From contig OY781089.1 of the NCBI GenBank assembly GCA_963676565.1, forward strand, positions 352,001 through 416,000: a stretch of 64,000 nucleotides of DNA, written 5' to 3'. Source of the DNA: Halarcobacter sp. (GTDB lineage Bacteria > Campylobacterota > Campylobacteria > Campylobacterales > Arcobacteraceae). The position numbers were made by a program, and so were the translations under genes. Below the pieces are notes generated by a model, which ran no database searches, was not told the origin of the DNA, and worked only from the letters and a program-made list of their open reading frames with translations. Below, piece after piece: positions 9,719-19,731 of the stretch; position 1 is the stretch's first letter, and the number at the start of each line of letters is the position of its first letter.

Positions 9719-10329
9719 TTTACTCTCCTTGCAGGATTTCCAACATAAGTTCCTGCTTTAGTAATATTTTTTATAACCACACTACCTGCACCAATAATAA
9801 CATCACTACAAATATTTATTTTATCAATAATTGTCGCATTAGCTCCAATAAAACATCTGTCTTCTATGCTTACTCTACCACATATTTTGGTTCCTACTGA
9901 GATATGGTTATGATTGCCAATTTTAACTTCATGTTCTAATATTGCTGATGTATTAATAATATTATTATCCCCTATTTGAGAAGAAGAATTTATGTATGCA
10001 TTTGCAAATATTTGATTAGAACTTCCTAAAGTCACACTTTTTTCTATATAGCTTGTTTTATGAAAAAGATTCTCTTTAATCATCTTTTTATTAAATTGAT
10101 TAAAGTACTTTTCCCTTAAAGTATTATCCCCTATAGATAAAAAAATTTTCTCTTCATCACTAATGGAAGAAAGTGAACCAGTAACTTTTACACCCTCAAT
10201 CAGTTCATTTTCTTCATAACTAAAATTTTCATCATAAATTCTTAATTTAGATGATTGAAATTTATTTTTTAAAAGATTTAATGAAGATCGAGTATGACCT
10301 CCTGCACCTATAATTGCAATTTTATTCAT
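9715..10329 (-). CDS. neuD: NeuD/PglD-type hexapeptide-repeat sugar acetyltransferase
   Basis: IIGAGGH, SIGDN..R, hexapeptide repeats with EH motif, VGNPAR C-terminus. Confidence 0.85.
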   Translation of the reverse strand: MNKIAIIGAGGHTRSSLNLLKNKFQSSKLRIYDENFSYEENELIEGVKVTGSLSSISDEEKIFLSIGDNTLREKYFNQFNKKMIKENLFHKTSYIEKSVTLGSSNQIFANAYINSSSQIGDNNIINTSAILEHEVKIGNHNHISVGTKICGRVSIEDRCFIGANATIIDKINICSDVIIGAGSVVIKNITKAGTYVGNPARRVN

Positions 10330-11372
10330 AAACTAATTATCTCATCTTTTTCAAAATCTTCTTTAGCCTTTTTCCCAACTATTTCATTAAAATAAATTGG
10401 AGAAATTCCAATTCCTCCTGTTCTTTTTGCAACAATATTATTTTCACAAAAGAATTCTCCTTTCTTTATTTCCAATTTAGCTACAAGACATTTTTGTAAA
10501 GAAACCCTTGTTTTAGTCTCACTCAAGGTTGGTTTTTTAATACCACTTCCCATAAATGAGTCAACTTTTCTAACTAATCTAACAAATTCTTTTAACTCAT
10601 CAGGAGATAATGAAGCTTTATGATCAGGCCCTTCTAATGCTTTGTTCAGAGTAAAATGTTTCTCAACTACCTTAGCTCCCATAGGAATTGCAAAAGCTGC
10701 TGCACCTACACCTTGAGTATGGTCACTATACCCTAGCAATATATCAAAGTTATTTTTAAAAGTATTCAAAACTTCTAAATTTGCTTCACTATCTTCAATT
10801 GGGTAATTTGCTGTGCATTGCATAAGAACAACATCTTTATTATATTTATATATAGTTTCTAAAGCCATTTTAACTTCACTTAAAAAACTCATACCTGTTG
10901 ATAAAAATATAGGTTTATTTTTTAAAGCTACTTTTTTTAGAAAAGGTAAATTAGTTATATCTGTTGAAGCTATTTTATATGCAGGTAAATTAAGTTCATC
11001 TAGTTCATCTAAACTTAATTCATCAAAAGGTGTAGTTAAAAAGATTATACCTTTTTTTTCACTATAGTTTTTTAACTCTAAGTTTTGTTCCTTTGTTACT
11101 TCAAGCTTTTTTAACATCTCTATTTGAGACTCATTAGAATTAGTTGTTTTTTCTTGATAAGGAGCTTTTTTTACTGAATCTAAAATCAAGTGTTCACTTT
11201 TAAAAGTTTGAAACTTCACTGCATCTGCTTCTGCTTCACTTGCTAAATCTATTAATTGTTTTGCAATATTAATATCTCCGCCATGGTTTACACCTGCTTC
11301 AGCAATTATAAAACTAGCAGATTCCTTTAAAATCTCTTTATTCCCTATTATTATATTTTTATTAAATTTCAT
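10326..11372 (-). CDS. neuB: N-acetylneuraminate synthase family (NeuB/LegI-like nonulosonate synthase)
   Basis: IIAEAGVNHGG, AVKFQTF, KIASTD, GYSDHT, EKHFTL..GPDH, C-terminal SAF-like domain. Confidence 0.92.
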   Translation of the reverse strand: MKFNKNIIIGNKEILKESASFIIAEAGVNHGGDINIAKQLIDLASEAEADAVKFQTFKSEHLILDSVKKAPYQEKTTNSNESQIEMLKKLEVTKEQNLELKNYSEKKGIIFLTTPFDELSLDELDELNLPAYKIASTDITNLPFLKKVALKNKPIFLSTGMSFLSEVKMALETIYKYNKDVVLMQCTANYPIEDSEANLEVLNTFKNNFDILLGYSDHTQGVGAAAFAIPMGAKVVEKHFTLNKALEGPDHKASLSPDELKEFVRLVRKVDSFMGSGIKKPTLSETKTRVSLQKCLVAKLEIKKGEFFCENNIVAKRTGGIGISPIYFNEIVGKKAKEDFEKDEIISL

Positions 11373-11377
11373 ATACT

Positions 11378-12193
11378 TTACTCAATATCTAATTTATCAA
11401 AATTAATAGACTTTAAATAACTATTTAAGCTATTAGACATTATATAATTATTCATATTTAACTGTCTATTCTGTCTTTGTATTGTTTTTCTAGCAAACTC
11501 TTTAGAAATATCATTTTCTAAAGCAAATCCAAAAAATATTGCTAATTTTGTAGATTTCTCTTTTTCTCTTTTTTCTTTGAAATATTCAAATTTATCTTTG
11601 CCAATATTTGAGCTTTTTTTCTCTATTTCTCTACAGACATTTTTGTCATCTTCATCTAAATAATAACCCTTATGTTTTAATCTTTGATCAAAAATTATAA
11701 CATCACCTTTATTTGATTTTATATTTATAGGTTTTTTAAATAGTTTTTCATCAAACTCTTTATGAGAGCCAGGTACTACACTTAAACCATACTCATTTAA
11801 GTCATGATTTTGAAGGTAGATTCCAACCTTATAAATTTTTGCCAAATTAAATGTTTTTTCATCTTCAAAACCATCAATATAATCCGAAGACAAATCCCTA
11901 TGCCAATTATTAAACATATTATATGATAAATCATTATGATAAATATACTTTATATCTCCAACTATACCCTTTAAATGCTTTACAAGTTTTTTATTCAATA
12001 CTACTCTAAGTGCAGGAACATACTCAAAAAAATTTGTAATTACTTTTCCACAATTATGATAAAAGAACTTATTTCTTTCATCTGAAAAATATTCTGTTGC
12101 TATATTATTAAAAGTATCAATGTCTTCACTACTAAAAAAATTTTCTAGAATTATATAACCATGTTCAGATAAATCTTTTTTATAATTTTTCAT
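11378..12193 (-). CDS. Phytanoyl-CoA dioxygenase (PhyH) family Fe(II)/2-oxoglutarate enzyme
   Basis: GYIILENFFS, WHRD (HxD), LSVVPGSH, GDVIIFDQRLKHKG (distal His). Confidence 0.85.
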   Translation of the reverse strand: MKNYKKDLSEHGYIILENFFSSEDIDTFNNIATEYFSDERNKFFYHNCGKVITNFFEYVPALRVVLNKKLVKHLKGIVGDIKYIYHNDLSYNMFNNWHRDLSSDYIDGFEDEKTFNLAKIYKVGIYLQNHDLNEYGLSVVPGSHKEFDEKLFKKPINIKSNKGDVIIFDQRLKHKGYYLDEDDKNVCREIEKKSSNIGKDKFEYFKEKREKEKSTKLAIFFGFALENDISKEFARKTIQRQNRQLNMNNYIMSNSLNSYLKSINFDKLDIE

Positions 12194-13503
12194 CTAAATT
12201 CCTTCAATATATAATTGATGTTTTTTTCTAAACTTTCTTTATAATTTACAAATGATAATTTTTTAGTACCTATATTTTTTTTATTTATTAGCAAAGTATA
12301 ATCCTCTTTATTATTAACTATTTTTAAATAATCCAATTTTTTAAAATAATCATAATACATTGTTGAATAATTTTCAATATTAATAAGTATCGTTGGTTTT
12401 CCAAACACTAAAGATTCATAAGCACAAGTAGAATAAACAGTTGTATGAATATCACTATTTAACAAAATTTCATAGCAATTAAATTCAGGCATTGTATAAA
12501 AATTTCTTGTATACTCTATTTCCTCTTTATTTGTTCTAGGGATTAAAATAAATAAGATTCTTGTATTTATTTTAGCTACATCTTTAATAAACTCAATTAA
12601 TTTTAATTCAACAGTATCTTGACTTGATATGGATACTATTTTTGAAAAAGTTTTTTTTAAAGTTCTAAAAGCTTCTATTTTTTCTATTTTTTTATTTAAA
12701 AAATCTAAATGATAATTCCCTTGAATAAAAATATTTTTATTTTCATACATACTTTTATTAGATAAATACTCTTTATCTAACTGACTAAATACTAAAAAAT
12801 AATTTGGCTTAAAAAGAGATTCAATTTCAAAGTTTGTATCATAAGCAAAATGACCAATAATCGATCCATGTTGCACTTCAATGACAGGAATATTTAACTC
12901 TCTTGCAGCTAATATAATATTTAACTTTCCTATATAACCATCAATAAATATAGTTTTAGGTTGTAATTCGTTTAATATCTTTTTTATTGAGAAATAATAC
13001 TTGAAAAAATTTCGCAATTTATTTTTATAATCAAATTTTATACCTAATATTTTAAAAGTTTTCAGGAGCAGTTCTTCATTCTCTATTTTGAAATCAAACA
13101 ATTCACTATCTATTTTACTTTTTAGTAGAGTATTATAATCAAAAACATTTTTTGAATATAAAGTAAATTCTTGTAAATCTTCTAAAAAAATAGATGAATT
13201 TTGTCCCAAATAATCTGCAATAGGATCAAGAATAGGATCAAGATATTTATTATTATATAACCTTCTATTTATAGAAGATGTAAACATAAGATTTTTATTT
13301 TTATTATTTTCTAAATTTAATATTTCAAAATTTTTTTCAACTACAGACTTTTCATCTTTGTACTCTATATTTTTTCTAATTTCAGAAGTCTTTACAATAT
13401 TAAATAAGATATTTCTAACTATCATCCAAATAGAAATATTATTTACTCTAATTGAATTTATAGGATATTTTTTTTCTATTTCTATAATTTCTTGATAAGT
13501 CAT
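12190..13503 (-). CDS. Putative GT-B surface-glycan transferase (sialyltransferase/CDP-glycerol transferase-like)
   Basis: ARELNIPVIEVQHG and DIHTTVYSTCAYESLVFGKPTI motifs, as recalled from proteins in nonulosonate loci. Confidence 0.55.
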   Translation of the reverse strand: MTYQEIIEIEKKYPINSIRVNNISIWMIVRNILFNIVKTSEIRKNIEYKDEKSVVEKNFEILNLENNKNKNLMFTSSINRRLYNNKYLDPILDPIADYLGQNSSIFLEDLQEFTLYSKNVFDYNTLLKSKIDSELFDFKIENEELLLKTFKILGIKFDYKNKLRNFFKYYFSIKKILNELQPKTIFIDGYIGKLNIILAARELNIPVIEVQHGSIIGHFAYDTNFEIESLFKPNYFLVFSQLDKEYLSNKSMYENKNIFIQGNYHLDFLNKKIEKIEAFRTLKKTFSKIVSISSQDTVELKLIEFIKDVAKINTRILFILIPRTNKEEIEYTRNFYTMPEFNCYEILLNSDIHTTVYSTCAYESLVFGKPTILINIENYSTMYYDYFKKLDYLKIVNNKEDYTLLINKKNIGTKKLSFVNYKESLEKNINYILKEFR

Positions 13504-13506
13504 GAA

Positions 13507-15342
13507 CTAAATTTCACTCTTTAACTTACGAACTTCAATACCTTCAATCATTAAAAAGTCTAAACCTGTATCTAAAAAGTCATCTATTGCATCTTGAGGA
13601 GATTCAACAATTGTTCTTCCATGTTTATTAAATGAAGTATTTAACAAAACACCATAACCTGTTAAATTTTTAAATTCACTCAATATTTTATAATAGTTTG
13701 GATTACTTTCACAAGTTACAAATTGAACACGAGCAGTATTATCTATGTGAACAGCACAAGGAATTTTATCTATAAACTCATCTTTCATTATAAATGCACA
13801 TGTCATATCTTTATTTATATAAGAATTTTCAAATAATCTTTCCTTTTCATCTATCATTATACTAGGACAAAAAGGTTGATAAAAAGGCCTATTTTTAACT
13901 TCTATATTTAATTTATTAATACTATTTTTGTTTAAAGGATTACCTAAAATTGATCTATTACCTAATGCTCTAGGCCCCCATTCCATTTTTCCATGAAAAA
14001 TAGCACCTACTTCATCATTATATATATATTCAGCAGTTTTTTTCATCCAATTTTTGCCCAAATCTTTATAAAAAATGTTTGGAGTATTTTTTAAAACTGA
14101 TATTACTTCCTCTTTTGAATAACTTGTTCCTAAATATTGGGTGTTATATTTACGAATCCATGAAATATTTTCTTCAAGTTTAGTCTCTTCTAACAATTTT
14201 AAACAAATAGAACCCAAACCTAATCCATCATCAGACATTGCTGGAATTATATATATATTATTAGTAACTTCTTCGAATATTCTCATGTTTACAATTACAT
14301 TTGCAAATACTCCTCCCGCTAAAACAATATTTTTGATTTTATATTTTTCTACAATAGAAGATATATAATTCACAATTGATATTTCCAAAAATTTTTGAAC
14401 AGCTGCAGCAATATCTACTTTCGAAAATTTTATTAAATAATCATCAAAAGCTAGCTTATTAAAATATTTGTATAACAATTTTTGATCAATATCTAGAGTC
14501 AAATTACTCTTATCAAAAATCAAACACTCCTTTAGTTTATAAAAAATTTCATTATCAAAATTTCCATATGCAGCTAATGCTTCAACTTTTCCCTCTTCAC
14601 TAAATCTATGGAAACCTAATTTTAATGTAAAATACTCATAAATATTTCCAAGAGAATTTCCACAATCAATATCATCAAGATAAAAGTTTTTTCTTTTAGA
14701 ACCAACTTTATATTCAAATTTATCCTTAGAGCATAAAAATACTTTACTGAAATACCCATCCCCTGCACCATCAAATGTTATTGCAATTGCATGTTCATAA
14801 GGAGATAAAACAAAACTACCAAGAGCATGGGATTTATGATGATCAAAATACTCAATTTCATTTAATGATGAATCAAAAATCTTATTAATATATTTTGAAA
14901 CTTCTTCAGAAATAGTTACTGCATTTTTTTGTTGTGATTTTTTTATGTCAAATAGTTTTTTACCAGCATAACTTTGATTATAAATCAACTCTTGATCATA
15001 AAGAGACAATAACTTAAAAGAATTATGTTTTCGTACTAATTCACCTTTGTATTTTAAATTATAAAACTCTCTTAAAGCTGTTTCGTACTCATACCAATTA
15101 GAAAAATTTAACTTTTTAGCATAATCTTTTTCTGCTAAACAAAAAACTATATTTTTAACTAAAGATTTTTCAAGTTTCGTATATTCAAATATATTTTCCA
15201 AAATTTTAATTGGATAAATAGTGTCATGTTTATATCTAGTTACTCTTTCAGTAGAAATAGCAAATATATAATTTTTCTCTGGACAAATTACCACAACATT
15301 TGTATCGTGTCCAAAAAATTTCATCCCAATATATAACTTCAC
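13507..15342 (-). CDS. O-carbamoyltransferase (NodU/CmcH/TobZ family)
   Basis: HD...ERVTRYKHD, HHKSHA, FDGAGD, EGKV.ALAAYG, LAGGVFANV, EWGPRALGNRSIL, HIDNTARVQ, LNTSFN. GTG start. Confidence 0.92.
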   Translation of the reverse strand: MKLYIGMKFFGHDTNVVVICPEKNYIFAISTERVTRYKHDTIYPIKILENIFEYTKLEKSLVKNIVFCLAEKDYAKKLNFSNWYEYETALREFYNLKYKGELVRKHNSFKLLSLYDQELIYNQSYAGKKLFDIKKSQQKNAVTISEEVSKYINKIFDSSLNEIEYFDHHKSHALGSFVLSPYEHAIAITFDGAGDGYFSKVFLCSKDKFEYKVGSKRKNFYLDDIDCGNSLGNIYEYFTLKLGFHRFSEEGKVEALAAYGNFDNEIFYKLKECLIFDKSNLTLDIDQKLLYKYFNKLAFDDYLIKFSKVDIAAAVQKFLEISIVNYISSIVEKYKIKNIVLAGGVFANVIVNMRIFEEVTNNIYIIPAMSDDGLGLGSICLKLLEETKLEENISWIRKYNTQYLGTSYSKEEVISVLKNTPNIFYKDLGKNWMKKTAEYIYNDEVGAIFHGKMEWGPRALGNRSILGNPLNKNSINKLNIEVKNRPFYQPFCPSIMIDEKERLFENSYINKDMTCAFIMKDEFIDKIPCAVHIDNTARVQFVTCESNPNYYKILSEFKNLTGYGVLLNTSFNKHGRTIVESPQDAIDDFLDTGLDFLMIEGIEVRKLKSEI

Positions 15343-15344
15343 TT

Positions 15345-16313
15345 TTATACCTTAATATCTATTTTGATTTTTTTAGCAATTTCATTTTTACTAATAGCAG
15401 TTATAATCTGAGATTTGATAAAGTTTTTATCCTCTTCTTTTAATCGTAAAAATCTATGGCACTTATTACAAGTTTCATATGTCATATCAATAAATTCTTT
15501 TCTAATTTTATTAATTTGAGGTGAATTAAAAACTTTATATAAACCATCATTTACATTAGATAAATTAAACTCTGAAGAAAAATCTTGACAACATAATGAC
15601 ATTTTTCCATCATAAGATATAACAGGAGTATAAAAAGGGAAGTGACACCACTTTTTCTCATTAGATATATACTCAAAATTAAAGTAATGTTCTTTTAGCC
15701 TCTCATCATAAGAAGGAACAAATTCTCTACCATTAAAATAAGAAGAAGGATATAAAGGACTAACCTCTAAATAATCAATTAACTCAGCCCAATTTTCTAA
15801 AAATAAATTAAAGTTTGACTTAACTGAAAAAATATTGTTTATTCCAATCTCCATTTTAGAATTGCTACTATTTTTTGCATCTCTAAGTAGTTTCAAATTT
15901 CTTTTTATTTTTTCATATTTTAAAGGATATCTAAACAATTCAAAGCTTTCTTTATCCCATCCATCTATTGAAAATCTTACATAGTCTACCATTAAAAGCG
16001 TTTCGATATATTTATCAACATCAGAACCATTAGTTGATAAAGTTATAATAAATTCATTATCTTTTGCATATTTTACTAGACTATCAAGTTCAGGATGTAA
16101 AGTTGCTTCTCCTGTTTGATATAAACTGATATCTTTCACCCCTAGTTTTTTTGCATCATCTAAAATATTCTTAAAAAGAGAAAACTCCATAAAACTATTT
16201 TTTCTAGAACCATTCATCATCTCTCTAGCACAAAAAGGGCATTTGGCACTACATGCAGTTGTAATATCAATAACTAAACTTTTTGGTATATACTCATCTT
16301 TTAAATATCTCAT
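15345..16313 (-). CDS. Radical SAM protein with SPASM/twitch domain
   Basis: CSAKCPFC, GEATLHP, STNG, FSIDG, and C-terminal CHFPF...CC.D...CNKC. Confidence 0.88.
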   Translation of the reverse strand: MRYLKDEYIPKSLVIDITTACSAKCPFCAREMMNGSRKNSFMEFSLFKNILDDAKKLGVKDISLYQTGEATLHPELDSLVKYAKDNEFIITLSTNGSDVDKYIETLLMVDYVRFSIDGWDKESFELFRYPLKYEKIKRNLKLLRDAKNSSNSKMEIGINNIFSVKSNFNLFLENWAELIDYLEVSPLYPSSYFNGREFVPSYDERLKEHYFNFEYISNEKKWCHFPFYTPVISYDGKMSLCCQDFSSEFNLSNVNDGLYKVFNSPQINKIRKEFIDMTYETCNKCHRFLRLKEEDKNFIKSQIITAISKNEIAKKIKIDIKV

Positions 16314-18382
16314 TATCTTATACTAACTTTTAATATATCTATAAAACTATCTTTAATAGTATTTATGTAGCATTTTTCTACAACATTCTTATGAAAATTA
16401 CATGCTTTTTTATATACTTCATCATCTGTTATCAAAGCACTAAGATAACAACTAAATTTTTTGTAATTATCAATAGGATAATTTTTTAAACCAATTGCAT
16501 CTAAAATTATAGTTTTATACTCTTCAAATATACCATTAAAATGTCTTTTTGACTCTGGATCATCTACAATAGTAACTATAGGTTTTCCTTTTGCTGCATA
16601 TTCTACTTTTGATACTCCTTGCCGTAAAGGAAAAGTATCTGGCATTATATCAATAATATGTGCATATATATGAGCATCAACATGACCCGGAAAATAAAAT
16701 CTATTTACTAAAGTACTATCTATATCCTTTATTTTATCTACTATTGTTTGATTATTACCACTTCCACATGCTAGATAAATTGTATTAGGATTATTCTTCA
16801 TAACTTTACATATCACTTCTAAATAATCTTGACTATCAAGTTTTATAAGTCTTCCGATAGTTCCCAAAATAACCGAATCATTAGGGAATTTAGATCTTAT
16901 TTCTTTAACAGCATTAATGCTAATATTAGGATTAAGTTGTTCTTTAGTGTGAGGAACCTGAAATCTTAAGAATTCAAAGCCTTCTATAATCTCTTTTTTA
17001 AAATCTATTGATCCATGATGAATCCTTAAATCTATACCCTTTACATTATATACATAATTTCCATGACTCCAATATATCTGCTTTTGTGCAGTTCTGTTTA
17101 CAAATAAAAAATTTACTAAAGGGAAATTATTTGTTCCAACAATCATAATATCTGTGCTATGATTAATAATAGTCTCTCTTAATTTTATAGCTTTTTTATA
17201 ATGATTCCCATAGAAACCAAATGTTTCTAAAGTATGACTATTTGGATTATAAACTTTTATTCCAAGATTTTCAAAAAGCTTTATTGCTTCTGGATCATCC
17301 TGGCTTTTTTCAAAATAATCACATGAATATATACTAATTTCATAATTAGCCTTGAACTCTTCATTTTCTAATAATGTTTTTAAAAGTGAAATTTCTACGT
17401 TTGTAACAGAAGTCATTGCAATACGATCTTTTACAAGAGCAATCTTTATTTTTTTATTATGAGTTTTTTTATACTTTAAAAGATCTCCTTTTTTATAATA
17501 TAAGGAAGCTGGATATGTTATCTCTTCATTAAATTTTTTTATCTCATTTTGTGTTTGAAAAAGATTTCCCATCACATGCCAAATGAAAAATTCTAAATAC
17601 ATAGCTTCATCCAATTGATTATTTTCAAGATGCCAAAAAAGTAAGTTTTTCAATTTAGGGTATAATTCTATCCAACTACTATGATTATGATATTCAGAAA
17701 TATTTGATATAAAATGAAGGTACCAGTTAAATAAAGATCTTCTTTCTATATTTTTTAAAGAAAAGTACTTTCCCTTACTAAGTAACTCATCCAAACATTT
17801 TAATATAAAATCCAATTTTATTTCATTATTATTATTAAAAAATTGTCTTAAAAAAGTATTGTACTCAAGATTTGTCATTTTATGAATCTGAAGTATAAAT
17901 AGCCTTTGAAGATAATTTTTTAAAAAATTACTATCAAGGGTTAATATTTCACCTAACATTATTATATCGCTTACAATTATCTGTATATCCGAACAATAAT
18001 CTAATTTTCCATATTGATCTTTTAACTGTTGTAGTATTATATTTATAAATTTATTATCTGGTTCTATATTTGGTATTTGTGATATTATTTCATGTAAATA
18101 GATAGTATCCCCCATTGGTTTGAGATTACCTGAGATATTACTTGCAAGTTGTATATATTTTTTTTGGATTTCATAAACTAATCCCAAATATTCTTTATTA
18201 TATCTAGCTTCTATATGTTTTTTGTATTCTCTTTCTATAATTATAAATAATATTATACATTGTTTAAATTCATAAAAATTAGATATAGTTTTTATACAAT
18301 TTGAAATTTTTTTTATATATTCATTTATAAAATCTCTTTTAATAAACTCTTCTAATTCAGTTTTTAACTCTGAATAGTTCAT
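16313..18382 (-). CDS. GT41-like (O-GlcNAc transferase/HMW1C-type) protein glycosyltransferase without obvious TPRs
   Basis: RTAQKQIYWSHG, VILGTIGRLIKL and DIMPDTFPLRQGVSKVEYAAKGKPIVT echo the GT41 motifs RxAPxQ, GxFxRxxK and DxxLDTFPxxG...GxPVVT. The long N-terminus looks helical. Confidence 0.6.
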   Translation of the reverse strand: MNYSELKTELEEFIKRDFINEYIKKISNCIKTISNFYEFKQCIILFIIIEREYKKHIEARYNKEYLGLVYEIQKKYIQLASNISGNLKPMGDTIYLHEIISQIPNIEPDNKFINIILQQLKDQYGKLDYCSDIQIIVSDIIMLGEILTLDSNFLKNYLQRLFILQIHKMTNLEYNTFLRQFFNNNNEIKLDFILKCLDELLSKGKYFSLKNIERRSLFNWYLHFISNISEYHNHSSWIELYPKLKNLLFWHLENNQLDEAMYLEFFIWHVMGNLFQTQNEIKKFNEEITYPASLYYKKGDLLKYKKTHNKKIKIALVKDRIAMTSVTNVEISLLKTLLENEEFKANYEISIYSCDYFEKSQDDPEAIKLFENLGIKVYNPNSHTLETFGFYGNHYKKAIKLRETIINHSTDIMIVGTNNFPLVNFLFVNRTAQKQIYWSHGNYVYNVKGIDLRIHHGSIDFKKEIIEGFEFLRFQVPHTKEQLNPNISINAVKEIRSKFPNDSVILGTIGRLIKLDSQDYLEVICKVMKNNPNTIYLACGSGNNQTIVDKIKDIDSTLVNRFYFPGHVDAHIYAHIIDIMPDTFPLRQGVSKVEYAAKGKPIVTIVDDPESKRHFNGIFEEYKTIILDAIGLKNYPIDNYKKFSCYLSALITDDEVYKKACNFHKNVVEKCYINTIKDSFIDILKVSIR

Positions 18383-18406
18383 AACTATACTAATCCTTTT
18401 TTAACT

Positions 18407-19051
18407 TCAAAAAACTTTTTCATCACTTGCCTTTTCTATTTTTAAAATATATTTTTCTCCCCCTTTATAGAAAAATGCAGGATAATTTTCATTGTCAACT
18501 ATTCTAAAAAGATTAAATTGCTCGTTTATAGACTTTTCTATATTTAATTCACTATCTTTTGCAGTTCTTTTTTTATAAAAACTCTCTTCACCAACTTGAG
18601 GTTTAGAAGATTTATATTTTTCATAATTTTTTATAAACTCTAAGCACATTTGGATTGTTAATTCTGCTTGTTTAGCTCTAAGTTGTTTATTTAGTTCTGT
18701 GCCATCTAAAATTAAACGCTTCTTCATATAAATGTTTCCATTATCAATTCCATTTGAAGCTTCAAACATTGAAAAAACTATCTCATCTTGTCCTTCTAGA
18801 ATTTGCCAAAAAAGAGGTGCCCAACCTTTACCTTTTGGTAAATCACTTTCATGAATAACAATATTGTGTAAATTCAACTTTAAATATTTTTCTTCGATTA
18901 TTTTATGATATCCCAAAATAAATAGTATATCAAATGATTCATTCAAATTTTTATGTTCAAAAAATAATACAGAATCTCTAATCTTTAATTGTAAATCTTT
19001 TGCATAATCTACAAACCATTGATTGGGTGATGTTAAAATCGCAACTTTCAT
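18407..19051 (-). CDS. Formyltransferase-family protein (methionyl-tRNA formyltransferase-like)
   Basis: VIHESDLPKGKGWAP, GIDNG, YPAFF. Confidence 0.8.
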   Translation of the reverse strand: MKVAILTSPNQWFVDYAKDLQLKIRDSVLFFEHKNLNESFDILFILGYHKIIEEKYLKLNLHNIVIHESDLPKGKGWAPLFWQILEGQDEIVFSMFEASNGIDNGNIYMKKRLILDGTELNKQLRAKQAELTIQMCLEFIKNYEKYKSSKPQVGEESFYKKRTAKDSELNIEKSINEQFNLFRIVDNENYPAFFYKGGEKYILKIEKASDEKVF

Positions 19052-19731
19052 TATTTTATTACTCTTACACTTTTAAATGCCTCAACGTATCTTTTACCAA
19101 TTCTCATACCTTGATATTTTGCATTTAATTCTATCCCTTCAACACTTCTTGGGTGGGGATATTCACACAATTCAGATGTATACTCTTTCATAGCCTCTAT
19201 TTTTAAATCAATAGTATCAGATACATCATAATATGTATCAGGAGAAAAAGATAAAGGGTAATTCCATTCAGTCGATGATAGTATCTCAAAACTATATATC
19301 TCTTTTACACATTCATTTTCCATTGGTCTTGTTGCTGTGATTACTGCTTTATAGGTTATTTGATGATCAATATTTAAATCATGCTCATAGTGGGTAAAAA
19401 TAATATCTGGTTTCACTACCTCTTTTACTTTTGATATAACTTTAATAATATCAAGCAAATCGACACTATCAAATCTATTATCAGGAAAAGTTTCGACAAA
19501 AACTTTTTTTATTCCTATGACATCATTTGCTTTTTGTATCTCATTATTTAATATTCTCATTTCATCTTTTTTATTTTCAACTAATCTTTTTTCATCCCTT
19601 GATGTTTTTCCTTCACCAAGAATCAAAGTATAAGCTTCATATCCCTCTTTAATAAGTTTAGAAACTGTACCAAAACAACCCAATACTTCATCATCAGGAT
19701 GAGCTGCAACTATTAAAATTTTTTTACTCAT
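19051..19731 (-). CDS. PIG-L/LmbE family de-N-acetylase
   Basis: AAHPDDEVLGC, FPDNRFD, THYEHDLNIDH, HPRS. Start probably at the second Met (19731). Confidence 0.9.
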   Translation of the reverse strand: MSKKILIVAAHPDDEVLGCFGTVSKLIKEGYEAYTLILGEGKTSRDEKRLVENKKDEMRILNNEIQKANDVIGIKKVFVETFPDNRFDSVDLLDIIKVISKVKEVVKPDIIFTHYEHDLNIDHQITYKAVITATRPMENECVKEIYSFEILSSTEWNYPLSFSPDTYYDVSDTIDLKIEAMKEYTSELCEYPHPRSVEGIELNAKYQGMRIGKRYVEAFKSVRVIK

